Part shown: positions 41,308-51,609 of the stretch, piece by piece | Layout: each line of letters starts with the position of its first letter | How positions within the stretch are numbered: position 1 is the stretch's first letter | Source: an uncultured Verrucomicrobiae bacterium | GTDB taxonomy: Bacteria; Verrucomicrobiota; Verrucomicrobiia; Opitutales; JABDGR01 | Direction: 5' to 3' | NCBI GenBank assembly: GCA_963765205.1 | Contig: CAVXVB010000007.1 | Coordinates: 128,001 to 192,000, forward strand | DNA length: 64,000 nucleotides | Made by a program: the position numbers and the translations under genes | Notes under the pieces: generated by a model | The model's input: only the letters and a program-made list of their open reading frames with translations | The model's database searches: none | What the model was told of the DNA's origin: nothing

Positions 41308-42150
41308 ATGCAAACCATCCCGAGCATCCCCGAGATGCAGTCGCTGGCGATTTCCCTGCGCACGCATGGCAAATTGATCGGCCTGGTGCCGACCATGGGC
41401 GCGCTGCACGAGGGCCACCTGCGCCTCATTGACGCCGCCAAGCAAAAGGCCGACGTCGTGATCGTTTCCATTTTTGTCAATCCGACGCAATTCGGCCCGA
41501 ACGAGGACTTCGCCAAATACCCGCGCACGCTCGAAGCCGACCTCGCCGCCTGCGAAAAGCGCGGCGCCGACATCGTTTTCGCCCCGAAAATGCCCGACAT
41601 CTACCCGCCCGGCTACTCGACTTACGTCAGCGAAGAACGCATCAGCAAAGGCCTCTGCGGCATCTCGCGCCCCGGCCATTTCCGCGGCGTCTGCACGGTC
41701 GTCAACCTTCTCTTCAACATCACCCGGCCCGACTTCGCCGTCTTCGGCCAGAAGGACGCCCAGCAGGTCGCCACGATCAAGAAAATGGTCGCCGACCTTT
41801 GGCTCCCCGTTGAGGTCGTCGTCGCCCCCACGCTGCGCGAGCCGGACGGCCTGGCCATGTCCTCGCGCAACCAATATCTCAGCGAGGAACAACGCGGGGA
41901 GGCGGCGAAAATCTACCGCGCCCTGCGCGAAGGCAAGCGCCTCGTGGACGAAGGCATCCGCTCGCCCGACCGCGTGCTTGCGGAAGTCACCCATGTGCTC
42001 GCCCAAAGCCGGCGCATCCGCGTCATCTATGTAGCGCTGGTGGACCGCGAGTCCTTCATCCCCGTCCGCGAAGTCGTCCCCGGCAAAGGCCTCATCGCCG
42101 TCGCCGTCTGGGTCAATGACATCCGGTTGATTGATAATTTGGAGGTGTAG
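41308..42150 (+). CDS. panC: Pantoate--beta-alanine ligase
   Basis: VPTMGALHEGH, SIFVNPTQF, RPGHF.GV, FGQKD.QQ, GLAMSSRN, RLIDN. Confidence 0.97.
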   Translation: MQTIPSIPEMQSLAISLRTHGKLIGLVPTMGALHEGHLRLIDAAKQKADVVIVSIFVNPTQFGPNEDFAKYPRTLEADLAACEKRGADIVFAPKMPDIYPPGYSTYVSEERISKGLCGISRPGHFRGVCTVVNLLFNITRPDFAVFGQKDAQQVATIKKMVADLWLPVEVVVAPTLREPDGLAMSSRNQYLSEEQRGEAAKIYRALREGKRLVDEGIRSPDRVLAEVTHVLAQSRRIRVIYVALVDRESFIPVREVVPGKGLIAVAVWVNDIRLIDNLEV

Positions 42151-42170
42151 ATTGTGTTTTAACGTTGATT

Positions 42171-42253
42171 TTCACCGCCAAGGCGCGAAGAGCGCCAAGG
42201 TTAAATCCCGTCAAAAAAATCCTTCTTTGCGTTCTTTGCGCCTTCGCGGTGAA
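42171..42253. repeat. Inverted tandem-arm element (CGCAAAG type), 83 bp
   Basis: TTCACCGCCAAGGCGCGAAGAGCGCCAAG ... CTTTGCGTTCTTTGCGCCTTCGCGGTGAA. Confidence 0.85.
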
Positions 42254-42271
42254 CTCTCCGCATTGCCCCAC

Positions 42272-43891
42272 GTGTCCACCGCCACCATCCCCCCGCCCAC
42301 CGACTACGATGTGCTCGTCGTGGGCAGCGGCATCGCGGGGCTGAGCTTCGCGCTCAAGCTCGCGGCGCAGGGGCGGCGCGTCGCCATCCTGACCAAGAAA
42401 GATCGCGCGGAGTCGAATACGAATTATGCCCAGGGCGGGATTGCGGCCGTCACTTCGCGCACGGATGATTTCAATTCGCATGTGCGCGACACGCTCGAAT
42501 GTGGCGACGGCCTCTGCCGTGAGGACGTCGTGCGCGCCATTGTCGAGGACGCCCCGCCGCGCATCCACGAACTCGCCGAGATGGGCGTGGCCTTCACCAC
42601 CCAGGCCGGCGGCGGCTACGCCCTCGGCAAGGAAGGAGGGCACTCGGCGCGCCGCATCCTGCACGTCAAGGACGTGACGGGCCGCGCCATCGAGGAGGCC
42701 CTGCTCCACGCCACGGCTACGTCGCCTAACATCACCACGCTCGAACATTTCTTTGCGATTGACCTCATTACGCGCGGCAAACTCGCGCGCGGCCATGCCG
42801 CTGCGCCCGACGAGGTGCTCGGCCTCTACGCGCTTGATGTGCGCGCGGGCCGCGTCCTCACGTTTCGCGCGCCCGCCGTCCTGCTCGCCACCGGCGGCGT
42901 CGGCCAGGTTTATCAATTCAGCACCAACCCCGACATCGCCACCGGCGACGGTCTCGCCATGGCCTACCGCGCGGGCGTCGCGGTGGCCGACTTGGAATTC
43001 ATCCAGTTCCATCCGACGGCGCTCTACACGACCAGTCATGAACGCTTCCTGATTTCGGAGGCCGTGCGCGGCGAAGGGGCCGTCCTGCGCAACGCCGCCG
43101 GCGCGGCCTTCATGAAAAATTACCATCCGCGCGCCGACCTCGCCCCGCGCGACATCGTCGCCCGCGCGATTGACGCCGAGATGAAGCGCTCCGGCGCGCG
43201 CCACGTCTGGCTCGATCTGACCCACTTCGCGCCCGGCGTGGCCCGCGAACATTTTCCCAATATCGTCGCCACTTGTGCGCGCCACGGCATTGACGTCGAA
43301 AAGCAAATGATCCCGGTCGTGCCCGCCGCGCATTACCTGTGTGGCGGCGTGCCAACGAACCTCCGCGCGGAAACCAGCCTGCCGGGCCTCTACGCCTGCG
43401 GCGAAGTCGCCTGCACGGGCCTGCACGGGGCGAACCGCCTCGCGAGTAATTCGCTCCTCGAAGCCGTCGTCCTCGCCCATCGGGGCGCGCTGGCCGTCGC
43501 GGATTATCTCGCGGCGCATCACGCCAGCAACCTCGCCCTGCCGGACTGGGTGGACGGCTCCGCGCAGGACCCGGACGAGCGCGTCGTTCTCACCCACAAT
43601 TCCGCCGAACTCAAGCAGGCAATGTGGGATTATGTCGGCATCGTCCGCACCACGAAACGGCTGCAACGCGCGCGGACGCGTCTTGAAGTCCTCGCGCGCG
43701 AAGTGGACGAATACTACTGGAATTTCAAAGTCGAGCCACGGCTGCTGGAGCTGCGCAACCTCGTCCTCGTCGCCAGCCTGATCGTCGAATGCGCGCTTCA
43801 GCGCAAGGAAAGCCGCGGCCTGCATTACATCCTGGACTACCCCGATAAATTGCCCGAAGCCCGGGACACGGTGGTGCGGAAAGCGAGTTGA
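42272..43891 (+). CDS. nadB: L-aspartate oxidase
   Basis: GSGIAGL, SNTNYAQGGIA, EGGHS.RRILH, QFHPT, GLHGANRLASNSLLE, ESRGLH; GTG start is inferred. Confidence 0.95.
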   Translation: MSTATIPPPTDYDVLVVGSGIAGLSFALKLAAQGRRVAILTKKDRAESNTNYAQGGIAAVTSRTDDFNSHVRDTLECGDGLCREDVVRAIVEDAPPRIHELAEMGVAFTTQAGGGYALGKEGGHSARRILHVKDVTGRAIEEALLHATATSPNITTLEHFFAIDLITRGKLARGHAAAPDEVLGLYALDVRAGRVLTFRAPAVLLATGGVGQVYQFSTNPDIATGDGLAMAYRAGVAVADLEFIQFHPTALYTTSHERFLISEAVRGEGAVLRNAAGAAFMKNYHPRADLAPRDIVARAIDAEMKRSGARHVWLDLTHFAPGVAREHFPNIVATCARHGIDVEKQMIPVVPAAHYLCGGVPTNLRAETSLPGLYACGEVACTGLHGANRLASNSLLEAVVLAHRGALAVADYLAAHHASNLALPDWVDGSAQDPDERVVLTHNSAELKQAMWDYVGIVRTTKRLQRARTRLEVLAREVDEYYWNFKVEPRLLELRNLVLVASLIVECALQRKESRGLHYILDYPDKLPEARDTVVRKAS

Positions 43892-44049
43892 GCTGGGGGG
43901 GCCGCCAGACCCGTCGCCGGGGCCGGAGATTCCGTGACAGGTTTTTAACCATCCGAGCCTTGCCTTTGCCGGGGCTTTGCGGCAAGAGGCAATGCCCCCC
44001 GCTCCGTTCGCGGGGGCACCGCCCTTCGATTCACTCGCCTGCTGCGCCC

Positions 44050-45794
44050 ATGAAATTTACGCTTCCCACCCCGACCGCCGGCGGACCAGGTTTAGCTGGG
44101 TGGACTTGGTCGTGCTGCTGGGTCTGTTCGGGTTGGGCTGGAGCGTTTTGCATTTCGGCCGGGGGATGCTGGTGCATTTCGATGAGAAGAGCATGCCGCC
44201 GCTGTCCATGGACTTGTGGAACATCCCCTATTACGCGGGGCGGACAATGCTGCGAATGTGGATCGCCTTTGGATTTTCGATGGTGTTCACGCTGATTACC
44301 GGCTACGCGGCGGCGAAGAACCGGATCGCCCGCGCGCTGATCCTGCCCGCGATGGATATTTTGCAGTCGGTCCCGGTGCTGGGATTTCTCTCGGCGACGG
44401 TGACCGGCTTCATGGCGTTGTTCCCGGGGAGCCTGATGGGGGTCGAATGCGCGAGCATTTTCGCGATTTTCACGGGGCAGGTTTGGAACATGGCGTTTGG
44501 TTTTTACCATTCGATGATCACGGTGCCGACGGACTTGCAGGAGGCGGCGACGACTTACGGCCTCAACCGCTGGCAGCGGTTCACGACGGTCGAGGTGCCG
44601 GCGGCGATGCACAGCTTGATTTGGAATTCGATGATGTCGTTCGCGGGCGGGTGGTTTTTCGTGGCCGCCAGCGAAGCCATCAGCGTCTATAACAAGAACA
44701 TCCGGCTGCCCGGCTTGGGCTCGTATATGCAGTCGGCGGTGGATCAGGGCAACAACGCGGCGGCCTTTTGGGCCATCATCGCGATGCTGGTGTTGATCCT
44801 CGGCAGCGACCAGCTCATCTGGCGGCCGCTGCTGGCGTGGGCGGACAAGTTCAAGATCGAGATGACGGAATCGGGCGAGGCGCCGCATTCCTGGATGTTT
44901 GACCTGCTGCGGGCGACGCAGGTGTTTACATGGGCGCGCGGACGGATCTGGGCGCCGTTTTCCGAATGGCTGCGGAACGTGACAGTGCGGGTGTCCGCAG
45001 TGTCGGGCAAAGTGGTCCGGGCGCGGCCCAGTTGGGCGAAGGTGGCGATCCGCGCGGCGGGCTGGCTGGTGGCGGCGTGGCTGGTCTATCAAATGGCCCA
45101 GGGCATTTGGGCGGGGGCGACTACGGTGCGGGACAACGTGAAGCCGACGGACTTCGCGCACATGGGCTGGCTGGGCCTGCTGACGCTGCTGCGGGTGGCC
45201 GCGGTGACCATCCTGGCCACGATTATCTGGACGCCGGTCGGGGTGTGGATGGGTTTTCATCCGAAGGTGGCGCGGTTCACGCAGCCGCTGGCGCAGATTG
45301 CGGCCTCGTTTCCGGTGAACATGACGTTTCCGTTCGTGGTCGGGTTTTACGTGGCCTGGCATGTTTCCATGAACTGGGGGAGCATCCTGCTGATTGCCAT
45401 GGGCACGCAGTGGTATATTTTATTTAATGTCATCGCGGGGGCCATGGCGATCCCGACCGACTTGAAGGAAGCCGCGCAAATCTACGGCCTGGCGGGCTGG
45501 CCGCGCTGGCGGCTGCTGATTCTGCCGTCCATTTTTCCCTTCTGGGTCACCGGGGCCTGCACGGCGGCGGGCGGGGCGTGGAACGCGAGCATCGTGGCGG
45601 AACTGGCGACCTGGGGCAACACCACCCTCAAGGCCGACGGCCTGGGTGCGTTCATCTCCGACGTGACGACCTCCGGGAACACCCCGCTGATCATTTGCAG
45701 CATTTGCATGATGTCGCTTTTTGTCGTGGTCACCAACAAGCTGCTGTGGAGGCGGCTTTACGACCTCGCGGAACGGCGCTACCGTTTGGATTGA
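44050..45794 (+). CDS. NitT/TauT family ABC transporter permease (duplicated membrane domain); start uncertain, possible indel just after ATG 44050
   Basis: DILQSVPVLGFL, FTGQVWNMAF, WNSMMSFAGGWFF, GTQWYILFNVIAG, GGAWNASIVAE. Confidence 0.88.
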
Positions 45795-45803
45795 TTTTTT
45801 CCC

Positions 45804-47153
45804 ATGAGCCAAGATCCCACCGCGAACGGCCCGACCGGGCTGGAACCCATTGCCGAGCTGCGCCAGGTTTCCAAAAGCTTCTCCCTCGAGGGCGGGCACG
45901 AATACACCGTGCTGGACCAGATTGACCTGGCGGTGCGCGAGGGCGAGCTGCTGGCGCTGCTCGGTCAGTCGGGGTCCGGCAAATCCACCATCCTGCGCTG
46001 CCTGACCGGCCTGGCCCAGCCGACGCGCGGACAGGTCTTGTGTTACGGGCAGCCGCTGCAGGGCATCAACCCCTACGCGTCCATCGTGTTTCAAACTTTT
46101 GCGCTGTATCCCTGGCTGACGGTCGAGCAGAACGTCGCGGTGGGGTTGACGGCGAAGCGGATGACGCACGCGGACAAGGACGCGGCCGTCGAGAAGGCGA
46201 TTGACCTGATCGGGCTGCGCAATTTCCGGGCGGCCTACCCGCGCGAGCTGTCGGGGGGGATGCGCCAGCGGGTGGGCATGGCGCGCGCCCTGGTGGCCGA
46301 CCCGCGGCTGCTGTGCCTGGACGAGGCGTTTTCGGCGCTCGACGTGCTGACGGCGGAAAGCCTGCGGCAGGAAGTCATCGCCCTATGGCGCGACAAGGCC
46401 ACGCCGCTGCGGAGCATTTTCATGGTGACGCACAACATCGAGGAGGCGGTCGAGATGGCCACGCGCATCTGCATTTTGTTTCCGCGCCCGGGCCGGCTGG
46501 GGTTGGTGCTGGAAAACCATCTGCCTTACCCGCGCGACACCAAATCACCGGAATTCCAGACCTTGGTCACCACGATTCACGAGACGATCACCAAGCTGAC
46601 CCTGCCGGACCATCCGCCCGAACCGCCGCCGCAACCCGGCCAGCCGATCTCGCGGGCGAAGACGCGGATGGAGTCCATCCCCTGCGTGCCGGTGGGCCAG
46701 ATCATCGGTCTGATCCGCATTTTGCACACCACCCCGGATCTGCCGAACATCTACGACATCTCGGGGGAGATCGGCAAAGGCTTTGGCGAGACCATTTCCG
46801 TGGTCAAGGCCGCGGAAATTTTGGAATTGGTGGACACGCCGAAGAACGAGGTGTTTTTGACGGCGCTCGGGCGGGCCTTTCACGAAGCCGGCCGCGAAGA
46901 CCGGAAAAAGATGTTCGCCGACCAGCTCCACAAACTGCGGCTCTTCCACATCATTCTGGCCTACCTGAAGGAGAACGGGGAGGTGGACGCGGACATCGTG
47001 CTCAAGGACATCGCCAAGGCGCTGCCCTTTGACAATCCGGAACAAATCCTCGAAACCATGATCGCCTGGGGCCGCTACGCCGGCATCATGGATTACAGCA
47101 CCGACACCAAGAAAGTGTTCATCCCGAAGCCGGAGGAAGAACCGGCCGGGTAG
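45804..47153 (+). CDS. NitT/TauT family ABC transporter ATP-binding protein with C-terminal AAA-associated domain
   Basis: GQSGSGKST, LSGGMRQR, LDEAFSALD, VTHNIEEAV, terminal WGRYA. Confidence 0.92.
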   Translation: MSQDPTANGPTGLEPIAELRQVSKSFSLEGGHEYTVLDQIDLAVREGELLALLGQSGSGKSTILRCLTGLAQPTRGQVLCYGQPLQGINPYASIVFQTFALYPWLTVEQNVAVGLTAKRMTHADKDAAVEKAIDLIGLRNFRAAYPRELSGGMRQRVGMARALVADPRLLCLDEAFSALDVLTAESLRQEVIALWRDKATPLRSIFMVTHNIEEAVEMATRICILFPRPGRLGLVLENHLPYPRDTKSPEFQTLVTTIHETITKLTLPDHPPEPPPQPGQPISRAKTRMESIPCVPVGQIIGLIRILHTTPDLPNIYDISGEIGKGFGETISVVKAAEILELVDTPKNEVFLTALGRAFHEAGREDRKKMFADQLHKLRLFHIILAYLKENGEVDADIVLKDIAKALPFDNPEQILETMIAWGRYAGIMDYSTDTKKVFIPKPEEEPAG

Positions 47154-47338
47154 GCGGGTGCGGGTGGCGCGGGATTTTATTTTACCCAACAACGCAGTAT
47201 TTTGCTGCGGCTCTGGATGAAACGGGGCGGCAAAAAATGCGCGTGCGATGTAATTCAGGCTTGTGCTTCGCGTGAAGTGCGTTAACCTCGCCCTTGTGGC
47301 GGCTCTGCGCGCTGCAGGACGCCGTCCGTATTTGCTCC

Positions 47339-48934
47339 ATGCTTTCCGTTGACGACTCCCACCCTGTTCCTGCCACCCGCCTGGCCGTTCCCAAATGGCC
47401 GTTTTTCGTCGCCGACGCGACTTTGCTGGCCGTCGCACTCGGGGTGTGGATGACCGGCGGCGCGGTGGGTGTGCTGCCCCAGTTGTTTTGCCTCGGCTCG
47501 GTCGCGCTCGGCGCGGTGATCATGGTGACGCCTTTCGCGCTCGAAGCTTTTCCCCCGGGCAGTTGGCGGATTTTGGCCGGTGGCGGCGCGGGCGGTGGTT
47601 CTGCAGTTGGCGCGGAAGGCGAATGGCGCCGCCAGGCCCAGGCGGCGGCGGAGGCCGTCGAGCACGCCGCGCGAGCCAATGCGGCGCTGGAAAATTCCGC
47701 CCGCCGCTTTGACGCCCGGTTTGCGCCGTTGATGGAAGTCCACAAGGGCCTCGAGGCGGCGGTGGCCGAATTGCGCGAGGCAACGGCCGCCCGCGCCGCG
47801 GCGGTCGCCGACGAGGCGCAGGCCACCACGCGGGAATTCGAACGCCTCCGGAAGGACCAGGCGGAAAAATTTAAAACCACCGAGTCTAAAATCACCGCGC
47901 TGGAAGACACCCTCGGCCTCCTTGCCGCGCATATCCGGCCTCTTTCCGCCCCGTCCCCGTCCGCTCCGGTGGCGTCAGTCCCCGTGTCAGCGCCCGCGCG
48001 CGTGCGCGAGGTCGCGCGGGTTGAGGAACCAGTGCCTGTGCCGGCCGAGGCACCGGTTTTGGTCGCCGCCGGCGGCGCGGCGATGGAATCCAGCGAGCCG
48101 GCCTATCTCGGCTCGGTCGCGGCATTTGCGCCCGCTCCCGTGGAGGCGCCCACCCCCGTCGAAGAGCCGGCGGTGGAAAAAACACCGGAGGAGCAAACGA
48201 TGATGTCCCGGGCCTTGTCTCGCGCGCAATCGAGCAGCGAGACCCCGGCAGTGGCGGGCATCATCATGGCGCGCGCGCGCCGCCCGCGGAAATCCAAGCC
48301 GCCGATGCCGGTTGCCACCGCCGCCGCGCCAGCCGAAGCAGCTGTACCCGTCGAAGTGGAAACACCCGTCGAAGCTACCGCGAGCGTTGTGCTCGAAGCG
48401 CCAGTGGCGCCCGCCAAGGAAGTGTCCCCGGCCGAGGTTGTGGGCGAACCCGTCGAAGCTGAAACCAATTCGGAACTCCGCCGGGCGGCCCGCGCCAAGG
48501 CGCTGGCCTTGCGCGGGGCCGAAGACGAAGAGGCGAAGAAAAACACGCCGATTGTTTTCCCGCCGTCCCCGGCGGCGGAAAGCACGGTCGAAAACGGCCC
48601 GACGCAGGGCGAATTGCTCGCGCGCGAGGCCGACACCATCCGCCGCAAACGCGCCAGCCGCAGCCCGCTCAGCGCCTGCTCGCTGACGGCGAATGTGCTC
48701 ATCGGCATCGGCAACAAGCCTTTTGTGCGCGGCACCGGCCCCGGGCTTTCGCAGGACAAAGGGGTGCCAATGGAGTTTGTGGAAATTGGCCAGTGGCGCT
48801 GGGTCGCCCCCAGCGCGGGCAAGGAGCCCGTCACGATCCGCATTTTCAAGAACGACGAAATCGCCGCCACCGGCGAGGACATCGTGCTGCGCCCCGGCCA
48901 GACGATGGAGGTCAACCCGGTGTTTCCGGCGTGA
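47339..48934 (+). CDS. Hypothetical membrane-anchored protein: two TM, coiled coil, long Ala/Pro/Glu linker, small C-terminal beta domain
   Basis: PKWPF..AD..L N-terminus; C-terminal IGIGNKPFVRG.GPGLS.DKGVPM....GQWRW. Confidence 0.75.
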   Translation: MLSVDDSHPVPATRLAVPKWPFFVADATLLAVALGVWMTGGAVGVLPQLFCLGSVALGAVIMVTPFALEAFPPGSWRILAGGGAGGGSAVGAEGEWRRQAQAAAEAVEHAARANAALENSARRFDARFAPLMEVHKGLEAAVAELREATAARAAAVADEAQATTREFERLRKDQAEKFKTTESKITALEDTLGLLAAHIRPLSAPSPSAPVASVPVSAPARVREVARVEEPVPVPAEAPVLVAAGGAAMESSEPAYLGSVAAFAPAPVEAPTPVEEPAVEKTPEEQTMMSRALSRAQSSSETPAVAGIIMARARRPRKSKPPMPVATAAAPAEAAVPVEVETPVEATASVVLEAPVAPAKEVSPAEVVGEPVEAETNSELRRAARAKALALRGAEDEEAKKNTPIVFPPSPAAESTVENGPTQGELLAREADTIRRKRASRSPLSACSLTANVLIGIGNKPFVRGTGPGLSQDKGVPMEFVEIGQWRWVAPSAGKEPVTIRIFKNDEIAATGEDIVLRPGQTMEVNPVFPA

Positions 48935-48986
48935 GGCCGGGAATTAAGAATTAAGAGTTAAGAATTAAGAAGTGAGGGACCGCCCT

Positions 48987-50150
48987 TTACCCCTGCCGGT
49001 CATCCACCCGGGTGATGAACAAATCGTCGTCGCTGATCCAGGTTTCGCGGTCGCGGATGATGGCTTGCGGCGGGAGGGTGGGGGTGAGGGTGCCGATGCC
49101 GGGGAGGCGTTTCACCGCCGTGCCGATGGCCATGAATTCGATGAGGCCCTGGAATTCGTGGACGTGGGTGCGGATGCCGACGACGTCGTCCGCGCCGAGG
49201 GCTTCGGCCTCGCGCTTGAGGAGGCCGAGGGCGTGTTCGCGGGCGTCGTAGATGAGGGAGGTCAAGTCGCTGATTTCCCCGCGCGTGAAGGACTTGAGGG
49301 CGGCCATGAAGCCGCCGACCAGGCCGAGCGAATACACGGCGGTGCCCAGCACGAGCTTGAGCGGCGCGTAGCCCAGATTGGCAAGGTTCCACATTTCCTC
49401 GCAAGTCAGGTCGCTGGTGACGGGTTGGCCGTTCAGCAAATTCCCCGGCAGGGCGGGGTGGCGCGCGGCGGTGCCCATCATGAGCATCTCATGCACGCCT
49501 TGGAAGGGCATGATGCGCGTCTCGATGGCGAGGACGGCGTTCGCGCCGGCCGCCTGGGCCTCGCGCATGACGCGTTCGAGCGCCATGTGCCGCGTGGCGT
49601 TGAACACGTCGCTGTATTCGCGGATTTCCCCGCGCGCCATGCTCTTCAGTCCGCCCAGCAGCCCCCCGCCGACGCCGATGGCGTAGGCGATGTTGCCAAA
49701 GACGAATTTGACCGGCGTGTAGCCGGCATCCATCAGCAGGTAAAGTTCCTGGCCGTCGCAATCCGAGGTGAAGGACACTTGCTCGGGTGCGTCGCCGCTG
49801 CCGTGCAGACAGGAGCCGACGGACAGGAATTCGATGTTCCCGCGAAAATGTTTCAGTTCGCTGGTGACGCCCGCGATACCGACGCCGCCGCGGTCGGTGG
49901 CCTCCTTGGTCATGCGCACATAAGAGGCCTGCCGCCCCTCATGGATGATGTCGGTGATTTGCGTCACTTCGCCGCCGAAGACACTTTGCAGCCCCGCGCC
50001 CAGCCCGCCCAGAAAACCCATCGAGTGGACGCTGTTGCCGATGACGATGTCGCCCGGCGCCAAGCCCTTTTGGCGCAGGCAATACATTTCATTGCCGGAC
50101 AGGCCGGTGAGGACGGAGCGCAGTTGCGGGGGCTTGGAAGAGGAAGGCAT
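48987..50150 (-). CDS. YbjQ-like (heavy-metal-binding-domain family) protein with three tandem repeats
   Basis: Three units of GE(V/I)...(T/S).......R..A..R...EA...G...V.G/A and TSD....E...L...GY.P...V.G. Confidence 0.8.
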   Translation of the reverse strand: MPSSSKPPQLRSVLTGLSGNEMYCLRQKGLAPGDIVIGNSVHSMGFLGGLGAGLQSVFGGEVTQITDIIHEGRQASYVRMTKEATDRGGVGIAGVTSELKHFRGNIEFLSVGSCLHGSGDAPEQVSFTSDCDGQELYLLMDAGYTPVKFVFGNIAYAIGVGGGLLGGLKSMARGEIREYSDVFNATRHMALERVMREAQAAGANAVLAIETRIMPFQGVHEMLMMGTAARHPALPGNLLNGQPVTSDLTCEEMWNLANLGYAPLKLVLGTAVYSLGLVGGFMAALKSFTRGEISDLTSLIYDAREHALGLLKREAEALGADDVVGIRTHVHEFQGLIEFMAIGTAVKRLPGIGTLTPTLPPQAIIRDRETWISDDDLFITRVDDRQG

Positions 50151-50417
50151 GGGAGGGGGGAATTAGGAATTAAGAATTAAGAAGTGAAGAGGGGGGAGGA
50201 GGGCGAAGGGGGGAGGAAAGTCGCAAATTTCAAAAACCCGAAGTCAGAAACCCGAAGTCAGAAATTGGAGATCAGGATTCAGAAATCGGGGTTCGATATT
50301 TAGAGATCAGCAATCAAGAAAGATTCAGAAATCAAAAGGGTAGCGCAACACTTCTTCGATTTCCCAACCGTGGGAAGTGGGTTGTCATCCCCGCCGTTTC
50401 ATGCTATTATGTTCACT

Positions 50418-51569
50418 ATGTCCTCCCATCCTGCTAATTCTTCCCCAATTTCCCATCTTTCCCATGCCCCCCGTTCCCCGGCCCCGCTACCCCCGGCCGC
50501 CTTGGCCCGTGGGCGCGGGGCGCAGGAGAATCCACGGAATCGTTTCGAGCAGGCCGTCGCCGTGTCCGACTGGGAGCAGTTGCCCGCCGAAGAATTGGTG
50601 GAAGCCCGCCGCGCCGACACCGTCTTCATTCCCGACCAGGCCCAGACCATCATCAGCCACAACGACAGCCCCGACCTGCCTTTCCGCAAGAGCATCAACC
50701 CCTACCGGGGCTGCGAACACGGCTGCATCTATTGCTATGCCCGCCCAACCCACGAATACCTCGGTTTCAGCGCCGGGCTGGATTTCGAGACCAAGATCAT
50801 GGTCAAGCACGCCGCGCCGGAATTGCTCGAGGCCGCGCTCAGCCATCCGCGGTGGGATCCGACGTGGGTGAACATGAGCGGGGTGACGGATTGCTACCAG
50901 CCGGCCGAGCGCCGTTTCGCGCTGACCCGGCGCTGTCTGGCCGTGCTCGCGCGCTTCCGCAACCCCGTCACCATCGTCACCAAAAACGCCCTGGTGACGC
51001 GCGACCTCGATCTGCTGGCCGAGATGGCGCACTGGCGCGGCGCGGCGGTGCTCGTCTCGCTCACCTCGCTCGATCCTGATTTGGCCCGGCGGATGGAGCC
51101 GCGCACGGTGTCGCCCCGGCAACGGCTGGACACCGTGGCGCGCCTGGCGGCGGCGGGGGTGCCGGTCGGCGTGAATCTCGCGCCGATGATCCCGGGCTTG
51201 AACGACACCGAGATGCCCGCGCTCATCCAGGCCGCCGCCCAAGCCGGCGCCAGTTTCGCGCATTACCAGGCCCTGCGCCTGCCTTACGCGGTCAAGGACT
51301 TGTTCACGGCCTGGCTGGACCGCGAATTTCCCGGCCAGAAGGCCCGCATTTTGCAGCGGCTCGGCGACTTGCGCGGCGGCGCGGGGCGGTTGAACGACGC
51401 CCGCTTCGGCACCCGCATGACGGGCGAGGGAATTTGGACCGAAACCTGGGCCGGGCTGTTCGCGCTGGCGTGTCGGAAGGCGGGGCTGGAGCCGCGCGCG
51501 CTCGAATTGAACCCGGGGGCATTCCGCCGCCCGGGCCCGCGCCAAGGCACCCTGCCCGGGCTGGAATGA
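50418..51569 (+). CDS. PA0069 family radical SAM protein (SplB-like)
   Basis: RGRGA..NP.NRF, SINPYRGCEHGCIYCYARPTH, TDCYQP.E. Confidence 0.92.
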   Translation: MSSHPANSSPISHLSHAPRSPAPLPPAALARGRGAQENPRNRFEQAVAVSDWEQLPAEELVEARRADTVFIPDQAQTIISHNDSPDLPFRKSINPYRGCEHGCIYCYARPTHEYLGFSAGLDFETKIMVKHAAPELLEAALSHPRWDPTWVNMSGVTDCYQPAERRFALTRRCLAVLARFRNPVTIVTKNALVTRDLDLLAEMAHWRGAAVLVSLTSLDPDLARRMEPRTVSPRQRLDTVARLAAAGVPVGVNLAPMIPGLNDTEMPALIQAAAQAGASFAHYQALRLPYAVKDLFTAWLDREFPGQKARILQRLGDLRGGAGRLNDARFGTRMTGEGIWTETWAGLFALACRKAGLEPRALELNPGAFRRPGPRQGTLPGLE

Positions 51570-51609
51570 GGCGCGCGGCGGGCTTCGCCCAACCGTCGCC
51601 GACGAGGCA

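Noticed and set aside
42113..43825. Long antisense ORFs over nadB, pdhAB, fusA, GH2, the permease and others
   Set aside because: Expected in high-GC DNA opposite well-supported genes; no motifs.
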